A stretch of 32,698 bases of DNA, taken from positions 1 through 32,698 of the forward strand of contig JAURGV010000001.1 of the NCBI GenBank assembly GCA_030833605.1. The letters run 5' to 3'. Of this stretch, positions 1-11,924 are shown piece after piece. The notes under the pieces are model-generated. The model had not been told where the DNA came from. It worked only from the letters and a program-made list of their open reading frames with translations, and searched no databases. Numbering within the stretch: position 1 is the first letter of the stretch; each line of letters starts with the position of its first letter. Made by a program: the position numbers and the translations under genes. The DNA comes from Rhodothermales bacterium (lineage in GTDB: Bacteria; Bacteroidota; Rhodothermia; Rhodothermales; UBA10348).

Positions 1-1247
1 CGAGAATCAAAAATCACCGTCAACAAAATGGCGACAATGGCGACTGGAACCACGTACATATCCAACAAGGCCGCACGAAGAGCGATTCCATAAACACCAA
101 TCACGCCGAGGAACAACAAAACAATCAAAAAGACCATTTTATTGTCATCAAAAATGGGTCTTCTGAGCAGGAATAGGTATAAAAAGAAGATCAAGAACGT
201 GGCAAAAGTCAAGATAAAATGACCCGTAATGGTCTTCCAAACGATCTTTCCGCCGGACAGGTCTAGCAGTTCCAAATCCAATGAAGCCAACTTCTGCTGA
301 ATCTCTGCCGTAACAATATCTCCTTGGCGCACAATGATTTCGTTTTCACGAACCAAGCCTATGTTGGGAGAAATCAAGGCTTCTTTTTCTATCCAACGCG
401 CTTCAGATTCATTTTTATCATACCTCAAACTTGCAGCAACGAGGTCGTTATAAAATGCGGTTGCAATCGTCAAATTAACCGAGTTATCGGGCCATCTCCT
501 GCTCAATGCCGAAAGTCCAATTTCTCGTGCCTCTTTTAAGTCGAAAACAGCTGCAACGGGAATTAGGGTCTCACTCGTTTGTGTTCGCTTCGTAAGTTCA
601 TTCGAATAAATAACGCTTCGACTCAAATCCATGACGCCAGACTCGAGCATTAGCAGGCTTTGGCGTTTGGCTTCTGCAATAATCACGTTATCGAGACGAT
701 CACTCGTTTCTCGAGATCGAGACGTTGCCACCAGGCCAGGAACGGTGTTCGCGTGCGCTTGCAACAAGGCCTGCCATGCCGCGGAAGAAAAACGATATGA
801 AAGACTATCTCTGGCAGCTACGAATGCGGTGGAATCGGTAAGAGCCTCGTCAAGCCGCCCTCGTAACAGGTTGAGTTGATACGAGGCATACGTATCGTAA
901 ACATGAGATAAGCGCGCCGAAATAGAATCGCTTTTAGCTTCGATTTCCGCTATCGCATTGACGTTTTCATAAAATATAGGGGGTGTTTCAGCGCGAACCT
1001 GGGATTTTTCTGCTTCTAGATCGGATGAAGCCTTTCTAATGGCAAATTGGAAGGGGGCCAACAAGTTCTCTTGCTGCCACGTCTCCCCTACGCCAATGGT
1101 ATTTTGATACAATTCCGACCGAGGAAACACCATCAACGCAGCAAAAACAACCGTGGAAATGATCAACCCTTTAATCCAATAGCCTCTTCTCCGGCGTTTT
1201 TTAGCGTCAGGATCTCCAACCTCAAGGTTTGATCCTACGGGTCGCAT
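1..1247 (-). CDS. 7TM-HD receptor protein, PgpH/YqfF-like (N-terminal extracytoplasmic region plus first TM helices); C-terminal part lies beyond the window
   Basis: It is absent from the ORF track because no stop codon falls inside the window. Hand translation of the minus strand from the ATG at 1247-1245 is stop-free down to base 1: MRPVGSNLEVGDPDAKKRRRRGYWIKGLIISTVVFAALMVF...ETWQQENLLAPFQFAIRKASSDLEAEK...GLVRENEIIVRQGDIVTAEIQQKLASLDLE...GHFILTFATFLIFFLYLFLLRRPIFDDNKMVFLIVLLFLGVIGVYG. The layout is one N-terminal TM anchor, a ~300-aa non-membrane region, then the onset of a multi-TM block, as in 7TMR-HD proteins. The diagnostic HD domain is outside the window, so the family call rests on architecture only. 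Confidence 0.55.
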   Translation of the reverse strand, partial: MRPVGSNLEVGDPDAKKRRRRGYWIKGLIISTVVFAALMVFPRSELYQNTIGVGETWQQENLLAPFQFAIRKASSDLEAEKSQVRAETPPIFYENVNAIAEIEAKSDSISARLSHVYDTYASYQLNLLRGRLDEALTDSTAFVAARDSLSYRFSSAAWQALLQAHANTVPGLVATSRSRETSDRLDNVIIAEAKRQSLLMLESGVMDLSRSVIYSNELTKRTQTSETLIPVAAVFDLKEAREIGLSALSRRWPDNSVNLTIATAFYNDLVAASLRYDKNESEARWIEKEALISPNIGLVRENEIIVRQGDIVTAEIQQKLASLDLELLDLSGGKIVWKTITGHFILTFATFLIFFLYLFLLRRPIFDDNKMVFLIVLLFLGVIGVYGIALRAALLDMYVVPVAIVAILLTVIFDS

Positions 1248-1284
1248 CTTTCTGTGCCACAATAAATTAGAAAGAAATGCCATG

Positions 1285-2808
1285 TTATTTTTTGTGCCGT
1301 ATAGAAAGAAGCGAGCCTAAACCCAGCGTAATGATCGTACCGATTGTCGTGTACCAAGGCCATGCAATCGCTACCAATCCTAACGCTTGCTTTTCTTCAG
1401 GAGACGGATTAAAACTGAACAACCACGTTCCATCCTGGGTGGTCCAAACACCAAAGATAACCGCCACCATAACGATGATGCTACTAATGAAACCAATCAA
1501 AGCGTCTTTCTGATCCGAAGCAGCGACCAATATTCCTAAAAGAAACACACCCAACAGCGCTCCGTAGGTAAATGAAGCGATTGAAAGACCCAATTCAACG
1601 ACTGGATTTTGAACATTTTCAAACAGGGTCGCAAAAAACATGAACACCAGCGCCCAGCCGAGCGTCATCCATCGGGAGACTTGCAAGGCTTTTTGATCGG
1701 TCCAGGTTGAGGTAACGCGGCCTAAAATATCGGTCATGGATGAGGAAGCAAGTGCATTCAACGACGATGACAGCGTGCTCATCGCTGCGGCTAGAATACC
1801 TGCTAAAACCAACCCTGCCACGCCAATGGGAAGTTGCTCCACAATGTATTTGGGGAATACTTCGTCCAATCGGTTTAGTCCCAACTCCGCAAAACCAACG
1901 CCCCCGTAATAACTCCACAATAAAGCGCCTACTGCCAAAAATATGGCAAACTGGCCCATCACGAAAAAGGCACTCCCAATCAGCGCTTTTCTGGATTCGC
2001 CTAAGTTTCTGCACGATAATAACCGCTGTACAATCAGTTGATCCGTTCCGTGCGACGCCATGGAAAATATTCCCCCACCAATAACCGCTGTAACCAACAC
2101 ATAAGGCTGGGTTAATATGGCCTTCAAAGAAAAGTCGGAGTAAAACACGGTTAACTTACCAGAGTCCAACAGATGGCCCCAGGCTCCTTCCGGCATAGAT
2201 TTCGCCAAGAGCACAATCGTAAGGATGGCTCCGAAAACGTAGAGACTCATTTGGACCACATCCATCCAGACCACCGCTTTAAACCCACCTACGAAGGTAT
2301 AAATTGCTGTTAGGACCCCAATTCCTAGAATGATGGTGGGATATCCAATATCCAAACCGGCCCCTGAAGCAATGATTTTTATAGGAATGGCGGTGGCAAA
2401 TAAGCGTACGCCATCGGCCAGCAGACGTGTAGCTAAAAAGGTAACCGACGAAGCGCGTTGCATGCTCGCCCCGTATCGTTCGCCTAAAAAGGCATATGCC
2501 GTTTGGATCTCTCCGCGCATATAACGGGGCAATAAAAACGCCGAGACAGCGATGCGACCGGCTAAATACCCAAATGTTAGCTGGAAGAAGGTCATATTCC
2601 CGCCGTAAGCAACCGCTGGAATACCAATAACCGTTAGTGTGCTGGTTTCTGTTGCGACGATAGAAAAACAGATGGCCCACCACGGTAACTCCTTGGAGCC
2701 CATGAAGTAATCGCGCATAGTGGTCTGCTTTCCTGCCGACCTTATACCAAATGCGACCACGCCCAGCAAGTAAACTACAATGACGATATAATCAATGGGA
2801 TGAAGCAT
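1285..2808 (-). CDS. sodium:solute symporter family (SSF) transporter, substrate unknown
   Basis: This is a 507-aa ORF that is hydrophobic throughout, with about 13 TM segments. The N-terminus (DYIVIVVYLLGVVAFGIRSAGKQTTMRDYFMGSKELPWWAICFSIVATETSTLTVIGIPAVAY) matches the SSF pattern. It starts 7 nt after the ligA stop. Confidence 0.85.
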   Translation of the reverse strand: MLHPIDYIVIVVYLLGVVAFGIRSAGKQTTMRDYFMGSKELPWWAICFSIVATETSTLTVIGIPAVAYGGNMTFFQLTFGYLAGRIAVSAFLLPRYMRGEIQTAYAFLGERYGASMQRASSVTFLATRLLADGVRLFATAIPIKIIASGAGLDIGYPTIILGIGVLTAIYTFVGGFKAVVWMDVVQMSLYVFGAILTIVLLAKSMPEGAWGHLLDSGKLTVFYSDFSLKAILTQPYVLVTAVIGGGIFSMASHGTDQLIVQRLLSCRNLGESRKALIGSAFFVMGQFAIFLAVGALLWSYYGGVGFAELGLNRLDEVFPKYIVEQLPIGVAGLVLAGILAAAMSTLSSSLNALASSSMTDILGRVTSTWTDQKALQVSRWMTLGWALVFMFFATLFENVQNPVVELGLSIASFTYGALLGVFLLGILVAASDQKDALIGFISSIIVMVAVIFGVWTTQDGTWLFSFNPSPEEKQALGLVAIAWPWYTTIGTIITLGLGSLLSIRHKK

Positions 2809-2815
2809 ACTCGTT

Positions 2816-5925
<3,110 letters not shown>

Positions 5926-6041
5926 AGGGGTATAGAATACTGCGGGTATCGGAATGCTTAAGGTACGAGTATTCTACTCAACCTACCACATTCTCGGTAT
6001 TCTGATCCCTTTGATATACGTCTAAAAAAGCCTTATTGGGC

Positions 6042-6356
6042 TTATTTTTTCATTTTATTGAGCGCTTTAATCACAATAAATATGGCCCATGCAATGATTA
6101 AGAAGTCAAGTACAGACTGCGCAAAATTGCCATAATTAATGGCGACTGCGGCCGTTTCTGCCGTTGCCTCTGAAAGGACCAGTGACAAATCTGTAAAGTT
6201 GACGCCCCCAATGAGCAATCCGATGGGTGGCATAATGATATCGGCCACAAACGATGAAACAACACCGCCAAAGGCAGCACCTATAACAATACCAACGGCC
6301 ATGTCTACAGCGTTTCCTTTTACTGCAAACTCTTTGAATTCACTCATCATACTCAT
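6042..6356 (-). CDS. mscL: large-conductance mechanosensitive channel MscL
   Basis: [54 protein letters not shown] is near-identical in pattern to the E. coli MscL N-terminus. I place the start at the ATG at 6356, the 15th codon of the track ORF, because that aligns with canonical MscL starts. Confidence 0.93.
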   Translation of the reverse strand: MSMMSEFKEFAVKGNAVDMAVGIVIGAAFGGVVSSFVADIIMPPIGLLIGGVNFTDLSLVLSEATAETAAVAINYGNFAQSVLDFLIIAWAIFIVIKALNKMKK

Positions 6357-6501
6357 AACGTTTTCCGATTTATTAAGATTGGAGCTTGGAGTTATCAATT
6401 AAAACAAACATATTCGCTTCCAAAAGCTATTTTTATGGTACGTGTCGAATTGATTCCTATTTTCGGTTTAAATCTTGGATCAAGCCTAAACCTATCCCGC
6501 C

Positions 6502-7548
6502 ATGAAAAACGTTTCTATCTATTTTTTCAGCTTGCTCGCTCTGTTTTTGATTTGCATTCCTCGCACCTCATGGGCCCAACATGAGTCTGAGGCTACGAAT
6601 GTTGCTCCGACCACCTTAATTACTCGCCCTGTTGCGACCTATTCCATTGTAGCACGAGACCCCGCGACGGGTGAAATGGGTGTTGCCGTTCAGTCTCACT
6701 GGTTTTCCGTCGGATCCATAGTAACCTGGGCACAAGCAGGCGTGGGAGCTGTAGCTACCCAATCGTTCGTCGAGCCCGCTTACGGTCCATTAGGTTTAGA
6801 ACTTATGCGAACGGGAAGAACAGCAGAACAAGCCTTGAAGGCCCTTATTTCATCGGATGAAAATGAGTCTGTGCGACAAGTCGGGATGATCGATGTTCAT
6901 GGAAATGTTGCGGCGCACACGGGATCGAGTGCCATCCGTGCAGCCGGGCATTATGTGGGTGAAAATTTTTCCGTTCAGGCTAACATGATGGAAAATGCCA
7001 CTGTCTGGCCCGCCATGGCGCAAGCTTTTCAGAATTCTAAAGGCGACCTCGCAGACCGTATGCTCGCCGCTTTGGACGCTGCACAGGCTGAAGGCGGCGA
7101 TATTCGAGGCAAGCAATCTGCCGCCATCTTGATTGTGCCCGGCGTTTCCACCGGAAAACCCTGGGCGGATAAGATTTTTGACCTTCGTATAGAAGACCAT
7201 CCGGATCCGCTAGGTGAGCTTCGCCGGTTAGTGCGCATGCAACGAGCGTACAATGCGATGAATGCGGGCGACGGATACATGACCACGGGTGATGTGGCTT
7301 CAGCTATCGAATCCTATAACGTGGCCATGGACTTACTTCCAGACGAAGCTACAAATGGCGAAGCGCCGTTTTGGGTGGGCGTCACCTTGGTGAGTGTCGA
7401 TCGCGTAGCGGAAGGTATCCCCTATTTGAAGCGAGCCTTCGTACTGGATGCTCGTTGGGCGGAACTCCTTCAGCGCCTTCCTGAAACCGGATTGCTACCT
7501 TCCGATGCTGCGTTGATGAAACGGCTTTTGGATGAAATGAAGAAGTAG
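6502..7548 (+). CDS. secreted DUF1028-family (Ntn-hydrolase fold) protein
   Basis: This 348-aa ORF has a signal peptide (MKNVSIYFFSLLALFLICIPRTSWAQ). The mature region begins with the DUF1028 signature TYSIVARDPATGEMGVAVQSHWFSVGS. Confidence 0.75.
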   Translation: MKNVSIYFFSLLALFLICIPRTSWAQHESEATNVAPTTLITRPVATYSIVARDPATGEMGVAVQSHWFSVGSIVTWAQAGVGAVATQSFVEPAYGPLGLELMRTGRTAEQALKALISSDENESVRQVGMIDVHGNVAAHTGSSAIRAAGHYVGENFSVQANMMENATVWPAMAQAFQNSKGDLADRMLAALDAAQAEGGDIRGKQSAAILIVPGVSTGKPWADKIFDLRIEDHPDPLGELRRLVRMQRAYNAMNAGDGYMTTGDVASAIESYNVAMDLLPDEATNGEAPFWVGVTLVSVDRVAEGIPYLKRAFVLDARWAELLQRLPETGLLPSDAALMKRLLDEMKK

Positions 7549-7572
7549 CGCCCTCACTTGCCTGCTGGATGC

Positions 7573-9318
7573 TTACCGCAGCCACAAATCCGTTGTTGAA
7601 TGGGCCTTTGCCCCAGTCTTTTTATCGACTACGATAAGATCTATTTGATATAAGCCAGGCACATAGTCCGCTAGATCAAGGATAACATAGTTGGCTTGAT
7701 TGATCGTGCTCGCGGTGTAGGCAACAGAAACGGCGACTTTTGCGCTTTCTGGTTGCAGGACTAGGTCGGTCAGTTTTTTGAAAACGTCGATGACTAGGCC
7801 TCGGGGCTGATTGAACTTCGTGAGTTGAATGGTGAGGTCAAATCCACCCTGTGCGCCCGATCCTTTTTCCAAACCAATATTGTATACCTCAAAATAGATG
7901 AACGGCGCGGTGGATGCGGAAACCACGCGGAAAGGCAAGGGATAAATGGCATAGCCGTTTCGCTTCAGAAAAACTCCTTTTGCGGCTTTTTGCCCCTTTT
8001 TCGAATCGGAGGAATCGTCCTCTTCTACCAACGTCGAAAGCACCGGCGACGAAACGCTAAAAATTGAATAATCCAGTTTTTGGTCTATAGTGGTTCTTAG
8101 GGCAGCGATCTGGGCATCCGTTTGTCCTTCCACAATCACTTCAGAGGGCACTACATCCACATTCAGCACGGTTGGTTTGGTCCAAACATTAAGCGAATCC
8201 ATCGGAACGCTGTATCTGCCAGCAGGGATGTCCTCGTTGGTTACCTCGCCTCCAAAAATGGTAGCGTTTGAGTTTCGAAGAAAAATACCCTGATTGAATT
8301 TCATAGAGGAGACTGCATTGGACTGTTGAGCGAGTGGAACGCCCGTCGTAACCAATACATCAACTCCACTTTCCATCCCTTTCAAAAACGAAATGGCGTA
8401 CGGGATCTCAAACGGCTGCTTTTTAGGTGGATCCGGTGTAGTTGGTTGTTGTCTAAATACATCCTTAGTCATAATGACATCTGCACTCGGAATTACCCAG
8501 TCACCAGAACTCCACTCATCATCAAAACGGAAGCTACCCATAGTAGGGATGACAAGATTTAAACCTTTAGGAATGGGCCTGTCCCCCATTCGTGTACCCG
8601 AATAATCGCCTGATTCCATGTTCGAATAGGTCGGAAAACCGTACCTCACGATTAAATCCCCGGGCGTGATGTAATCATCCTCATACAGGTATGTGCGCCA
8701 AAGTGGATACAACAAATCCGCGAAAACCAATCGGGCATAATGAGATACGAGTCGCTCGTTTTCCCGCGTTAGTAAAAAAGGGTCACCATTTTTCCAGCTT
8801 TCCAGACCTGTTGAGTCTTCCCAAGCTACCAAGTCTGAAACGTCGAGAAACGCAGCTTTTTGCTCTGGAGATAGCATCGCCAAAGCCCGACTGAATTGAA
8901 TTTCAGCCGATGCATAGTCGCCCAGCAGCGTTCTGGTTAATCCCCGTAAGAACCAGGCTTGTGGAGATTGTGGGATGAGCTCTCTAAACCGACCCGTTGC
9001 GTCGTCAGCTAAAGAATAATCTTCAATTTCAATTAAGTGGGATATAAACGAGATATGTGGGCAAGGATTCAGAGGCTCCTTAAACGTTGAAGTCGCTAAC
9101 AGACTGCCCGCCGTTAAGCGATCAGCTAAAGCCTGTTCTTTTCGTAAATCTACCTGCGAATTTCTGTACTTTCGGGATTGACGGCTCAAGAACGAACCAA
9201 CAATAGCATATCCCTCGTATCTAGTACTATCAAGAGCCATCAACTTATTGCCGACCCGTAGAAGGGTCACGTCGCGCTGAGATTGTGCCCCATAGTACGT
9301 GAATCCTCTATTTAGCAA
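7573..9318 (-). CDS. GWxTD-like / TPR-containing envelope protein, main body (probably the same gene as 9312-9656)
   Basis: This is a 581-aa ORF whose track start is a TTG, with no signal peptide of its own. The central segment SWKNGDPFLLTRENERLVSHYARLVFADLLY...YITPGDLIVRYGFPT resembles the FWxxRDP...NE...YxR...GWxTDRGxxYIxYGxP core of GWxTD domains, but the GW motif is degenerate. The C-terminal ~200 aa are beta-rich and Ig-like. Confidence 0.55.
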   Translation of the reverse strand: MLNRGFTYYGAQSQRDVTLLRVGNKLMALDSTRYEGYAIVGSFLSRQSRKYRNSQVDLRKEQALADRLTAGSLLATSTFKEPLNPCPHISFISHLIEIEDYSLADDATGRFRELIPQSPQAWFLRGLTRTLLGDYASAEIQFSRALAMLSPEQKAAFLDVSDLVAWEDSTGLESWKNGDPFLLTRENERLVSHYARLVFADLLYPLWRTYLYEDDYITPGDLIVRYGFPTYSNMESGDYSGTRMGDRPIPKGLNLVIPTMGSFRFDDEWSSGDWVIPSADVIMTKDVFRQQPTTPDPPKKQPFEIPYAISFLKGMESGVDVLVTTGVPLAQQSNAVSSMKFNQGIFLRNSNATIFGGEVTNEDIPAGRYSVPMDSLNVWTKPTVLNVDVVPSEVIVEGQTDAQIAALRTTIDQKLDYSIFSVSSPVLSTLVEEDDSSDSKKGQKAAKGVFLKRNGYAIYPLPFRVVSASTAPFIYFEVYNIGLEKGSGAQGGFDLTIQLTKFNQPRGLVIDVFKKLTDLVLQPESAKVAVSVAYTASTINQANYVILDLADYVPGLYQIDLIVVDKKTGAKAHSTTDLWLR

Positions 9319-9656
9319 AAAACTTTGACCAGTAAGGGCTCAATAGCATCTCCATTCAGCCCTAATTCTAAATCGAGTCTATAGGCTGCAAGGGTATGGC
9401 TGCCTCGTTCTAGGTCTTGTCCAATTTGGGCATAAGACTTCGAGTTCAATTCCTTGAGGGCCGTATACCATTCAAAAGATTGCAATTCACTTTTGGGGTA
9501 AATCGTATTCCCATCCTCAAACTTGATATTGGCTACGGGAAGACACGATTGACCATAACCCTTCTGTGGGAACCAGGAAAGCAAAACAAAAAGTGCAAAT
9601 AGGCTAGTTCTCAAGACCAAACCTACTCTAATGATTGTGCTGAGCGTGGTCGCCAT
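9312..9656 (-). CDS. signal-peptide-bearing 114-aa ORF, likely the N-terminal part of the 7573-9318 gene
   Basis: MATTLSTIIRVGLVLRTSLFALFVLLSWFPQKGYGQ is a plausible Sec signal peptide. The ORF ends at 9312-9314 inside or next to an A6 run (T6 in the coding sense, 9317-9322) and overlaps the next ORF by 7 nt in a different frame. Confidence 0.5.
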   Translation of the reverse strand: MATTLSTIIRVGLVLRTSLFALFVLLSWFPQKGYGQSCLPVANIKFEDGNTIYPKSELQSFEWYTALKELNSKSYAQIGQDLERGSHTLAAYRLDLELGLNGDAIEPLLVKVFC

Positions 9657-10128
9657 GGTCGCTTACTTGGGCATCAAACCAAGCGTGGATCGCAGAAACC
9701 AATATGGGATTTTCAGTAAAGTACCGAATCTCCGCGCCTGTTTCTATCTCATCGAAGGCAATGGTTATCTGCTTATACCCCATCACCAGTTCATGAAGTC
9801 CGGGCATCGCGGCGCCATGAATCATCGTGGGATCGTGAAAATTTCCGCTCGCGAAACGAACTGAAATATCTTTGAGGTGCTCCCTTATTAGTCGGATCTG
9901 GGTTGGATCGTCGGAATCGGCAACTACTTGTTGAAGCCCGCCATCTGTCAGTTTTTCGAAGATGTGCGTTGTCGCTCCCAGGTCGAAAGGCATCACTTCT
10001 GCCCCTTTTTCAGCGACTTCTGCCCTTCTTTGGTCCATATTTGCCGGCGTAGAGCCCTTCGGCTCTGTCGATTGGCATCCGATGCTCGTGCCAGTGATTA
10101 GCGCAATTACAAGAAGGTAATATTTCAT
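9628..10128 (-). CDS. conserved hypothetical lipoprotein with His-rich C-terminal tail
   Basis: I start at MKYYLLVIALITGTSIGC, the 6th codon of the track ORF, which gives a signal peptide plus lipobox Cys. The mature domain contains MPFDLGATTHIFEK...GNFHDPTMIHGAAMPGLHEL. The C-terminus is VSDHGDHAQHNH. Confidence 0.6.
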   Translation of the reverse strand: MKYYLLVIALITGTSIGCQSTEPKGSTPANMDQRRAEVAEKGAEVMPFDLGATTHIFEKLTDGGLQQVVADSDDPTQIRLIREHLKDISVRFASGNFHDPTMIHGAAMPGLHELVMGYKQITIAFDEIETGAEIRYFTENPILVSAIHAWFDAQVSDHGDHAQHNH

Positions 10129-10230
10129 GGCATCCGATCTCATTTACCCAAAATTATCGCCATTGCATTTTAACCGAGCCAGGCGATGCCCAATAGTACT
10201 GAAATAGACTGTTATTTTAAGTACCCCCAT

Positions 10231-10260
10231 AAAAAAAGGACACAAGCAAAGCTTGCGTCC
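10231..10260 (-). terminator. Rho-independent terminator downstream of tRNA-Pro
   Basis: The minus-strand transcript reads GGACGCAAGC-UUU-GCUUGUGUCC followed by U7. That is a 10-bp stem (one G-U pair), a 3-nt loop and a 7-U tail, beginning 10 nt after the tRNA 3' end. Confidence 0.8.
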
Positions 10261-10269
10261 TTTCTCCAG

Positions 10270-10343
10270 TCGGGATGACAGGATTTGAACCTGCGACCCC
10301 TTGGACCCCATCCAAGTGCGCTACCGGGCTGCGCTACATCCCG
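10270..10343 (-). tRNA. tRNA-Pro (anticodon GGG)
   Basis: The reverse complement folds by hand into a 74-nt cloverleaf. The parts are acceptor CGGGATG/CATCCCG plus discriminator A, D stem GCGC/GCGC, anticodon stem CTTGG/CCAAG with loop AT-GGG-GT, variable loop GGGTC, and T arm GCAGG-TTCAAAT-CCTGT. CCA is not encoded. Confidence 0.92.
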
Positions 10344-10452
10344 AACATCTTGTTTCTCACGCGGCCAAAGCCAGCAAGTAACAATCCACGATCTATCAGA
10401 CCGGGTCCCCTCCTATTTCCTTGCTCGGTCCGGGTTCCCTTTTAGTCAAAAA

Positions 10453-10797
10453 CTATTCTACACCAACCCTATCGAGCATCTTTTCAAAAAAACCTTTGAT
10501 TTCTTTCAGCTCTTGAATGCTGGTTGACGTTTCCTTGGCAACCCGCTTTTCCTTTTTAAGACTTTGGCGAGCGCCATCAATTGTAAATTTCTCATCCCGC
10601 AGAAGATGCCGAATGCGGTACACCACATCGATGTCATCTTTCGTATAAACCCTTTTTCCTGCCCGGTTTTTACGTGGCCGCAATGCATCAAATTCGGTTT
10701 CCCAGTACCGAAGTACATGGGCTTCTTCATCCATCATATTGGCAACTTCACTGATGGTGTAGTACAGTTTTGTAATACCCGTATCTAACATGGCCAT
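10453..10797 (-). CDS. small MerR-family transcriptional regulator
   Basis: The MerR-type wHTH reads LYYTISEVANMMDEEAHVLRYWETEFDALRPRKNRAGKRVYTKDDIDVVYRIRHLL. There is no C-terminal Cys cluster, so it is not a metal-sensing MerR. The start is set at the ATG at 10797 (MAMLDTG), and 10791 is equally possible. Confidence 0.8.
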   Translation of the reverse strand: MAMLDTGITKLYYTISEVANMMDEEAHVLRYWETEFDALRPRKNRAGKRVYTKDDIDVVYRIRHLLRDEKFTIDGARQSLKKEKRVAKETSTSIQELKEIKGFFEKMLDRVGVE

Positions 10798-10914
10798 GGC
10801 AAGCTGTGGTTTGATTAATCTCGAAATACATAACAATATCTCACGAATGTACGAAAGGACACCTGCGAATGTCTATCAAATAGCCTACTTTCGTCGGTCC
10901 AAAACCACATTCTG

Positions 10915-11868
10915 ATGAACAATTCTCTCCTTTCACGTTTTAGAAGCGAGCTTGAGCTCATAGCTGTTATCTTGTTGTGGGGCATAAACTTCCCCCTCAT
11001 TAAGGTGATATTGGAAGTGATGCCTCCTCACGTTCTGAACCTATTCAGAATTGTTTCGGCCGGTTTAGTATTGAGTTTTATTCAGCTTCGACGGTCAAAT
11101 TGGTCTGTATCCGCCTTTTGGGCCCCTTTTCGAAGCGATCCCAAAGCATTTCTGATCATTTCTTTGGTGGGTTGGGTACTGTACCAGATCGCCTTCATTA
11201 CGGGTCTAAATATCACGAGTGCCGGTAATGGTGCCCTTATTATGGCCAGCTCACCGATCTGGACGGCTCTTTTAGCTCGGATGATGCGGGTTGACCGGTT
11301 GTCCCTGCTTTCTTGGATGGGCCTAATCGTTTCCATTTTGGGCACCACTGAAATTGTACTCATGAGTAGTGCTGAAATTCGGTTCACGAGCGACCTGATG
11401 ATTGGCAACGGCGTGGTTCTTTTAGCCGCGATATTTTGGGGTTCTTACACCGCTTTGACCCGCCCCATGGTTGCCAAGCACACCCCGCTTTCCTTAACAG
11501 TGATCTCGTTATTACTTGCAATTCCTGTACTCATTCTATTTGCCGTTCCCCTTTGGAATGAAACGGATTGGTCCAAAGTAACGTGGCTATACTGGGTTGC
11601 TATCTTTTTCTCAGGCTCATTGTCTACGGGTATCGCGATTGTTTTTTGGAACAATTCCGTGCGCAAACTGGGAGCATCTCATACCGCCGCATTTGGAAAT
11701 TTGGTGCCGCTCGTTGCCTTGTTTGCGAGTTACTTTATGCTAGGAAACGAAATCGTTGCCTCTCAATTAATTGGCGGCACCCTGATTATTGGTGGGCTCG
11801 TTATTATGCGATGGGCGCGTCGGCGCATGCAGATGAGCGAACTCATCTCCACAACGCGCATTCACTAA
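10915..11868 (+). CDS. DMT-superfamily transporter (two EamA domains)
   Basis: This 317-aa ORF has about 10 TM helices. It shows the EamA-like N-terminus LIAVILLWGINFPLIKVILEVMPP and a second repeat in the C-terminal half. Confidence 0.8.
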   Translation: MNNSLLSRFRSELELIAVILLWGINFPLIKVILEVMPPHVLNLFRIVSAGLVLSFIQLRRSNWSVSAFWAPFRSDPKAFLIISLVGWVLYQIAFITGLNITSAGNGALIMASSPIWTALLARMMRVDRLSLLSWMGLIVSILGTTEIVLMSSAEIRFTSDLMIGNGVVLLAAIFWGSYTALTRPMVAKHTPLSLTVISLLLAIPVLILFAVPLWNETDWSKVTWLYWVAIFFSGSLSTGIAIVFWNNSVRKLGASHTAAFGNLVPLVALFASYFMLGNEIVASQLIGGTLIIGGLVIMRWARRRMQMSELISTTRIH

Positions 11869-11924
11869 CCTTTATTCTGTGTGGTATTGAATCCGACTAT
11901 TTCGGCTAGCCTGCGGCCCATTCC

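Noticed and set aside
1619-2683. Same-strand alternative-frame ORFs (131 aa at 1619-2014 and 134 aa at 2279-2683) inside the SSF transporter gene.
   Set aside because: They are out-of-frame reads of a gene whose main frame is a continuous 13-TM transporter. Their compositions are Arg/Cys/Trp-rich and not protein-like.
6024-6043. Candidate terminator after mscL (AAGCC-N6-GGCUU followed by a short U run, overlapping the stop codon).
   Set aside because: The stem is only 5 bp and AU-rich, and only three U remain beyond the stem. That is too weak to call as a feature.
10231-10343. tRNA-Pro as the boundary of an integrated genomic island.
   Set aside because: There is no integrase next to it, no direct repeat of the tRNA 3' end found elsewhere in the window, and no compositional shift. 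The flanking genes (MerR regulator, lipoprotein) look native.
10401-10440. Direct repeat CCGGGTCCCCT / CCGGGTTCCCT, with starts 29 nt apart, between the MerR gene and the tRNA-Pro.
   Set aside because: It is short and imperfect. It may belong to the tRNA promoter region, but I cannot support any specific function.
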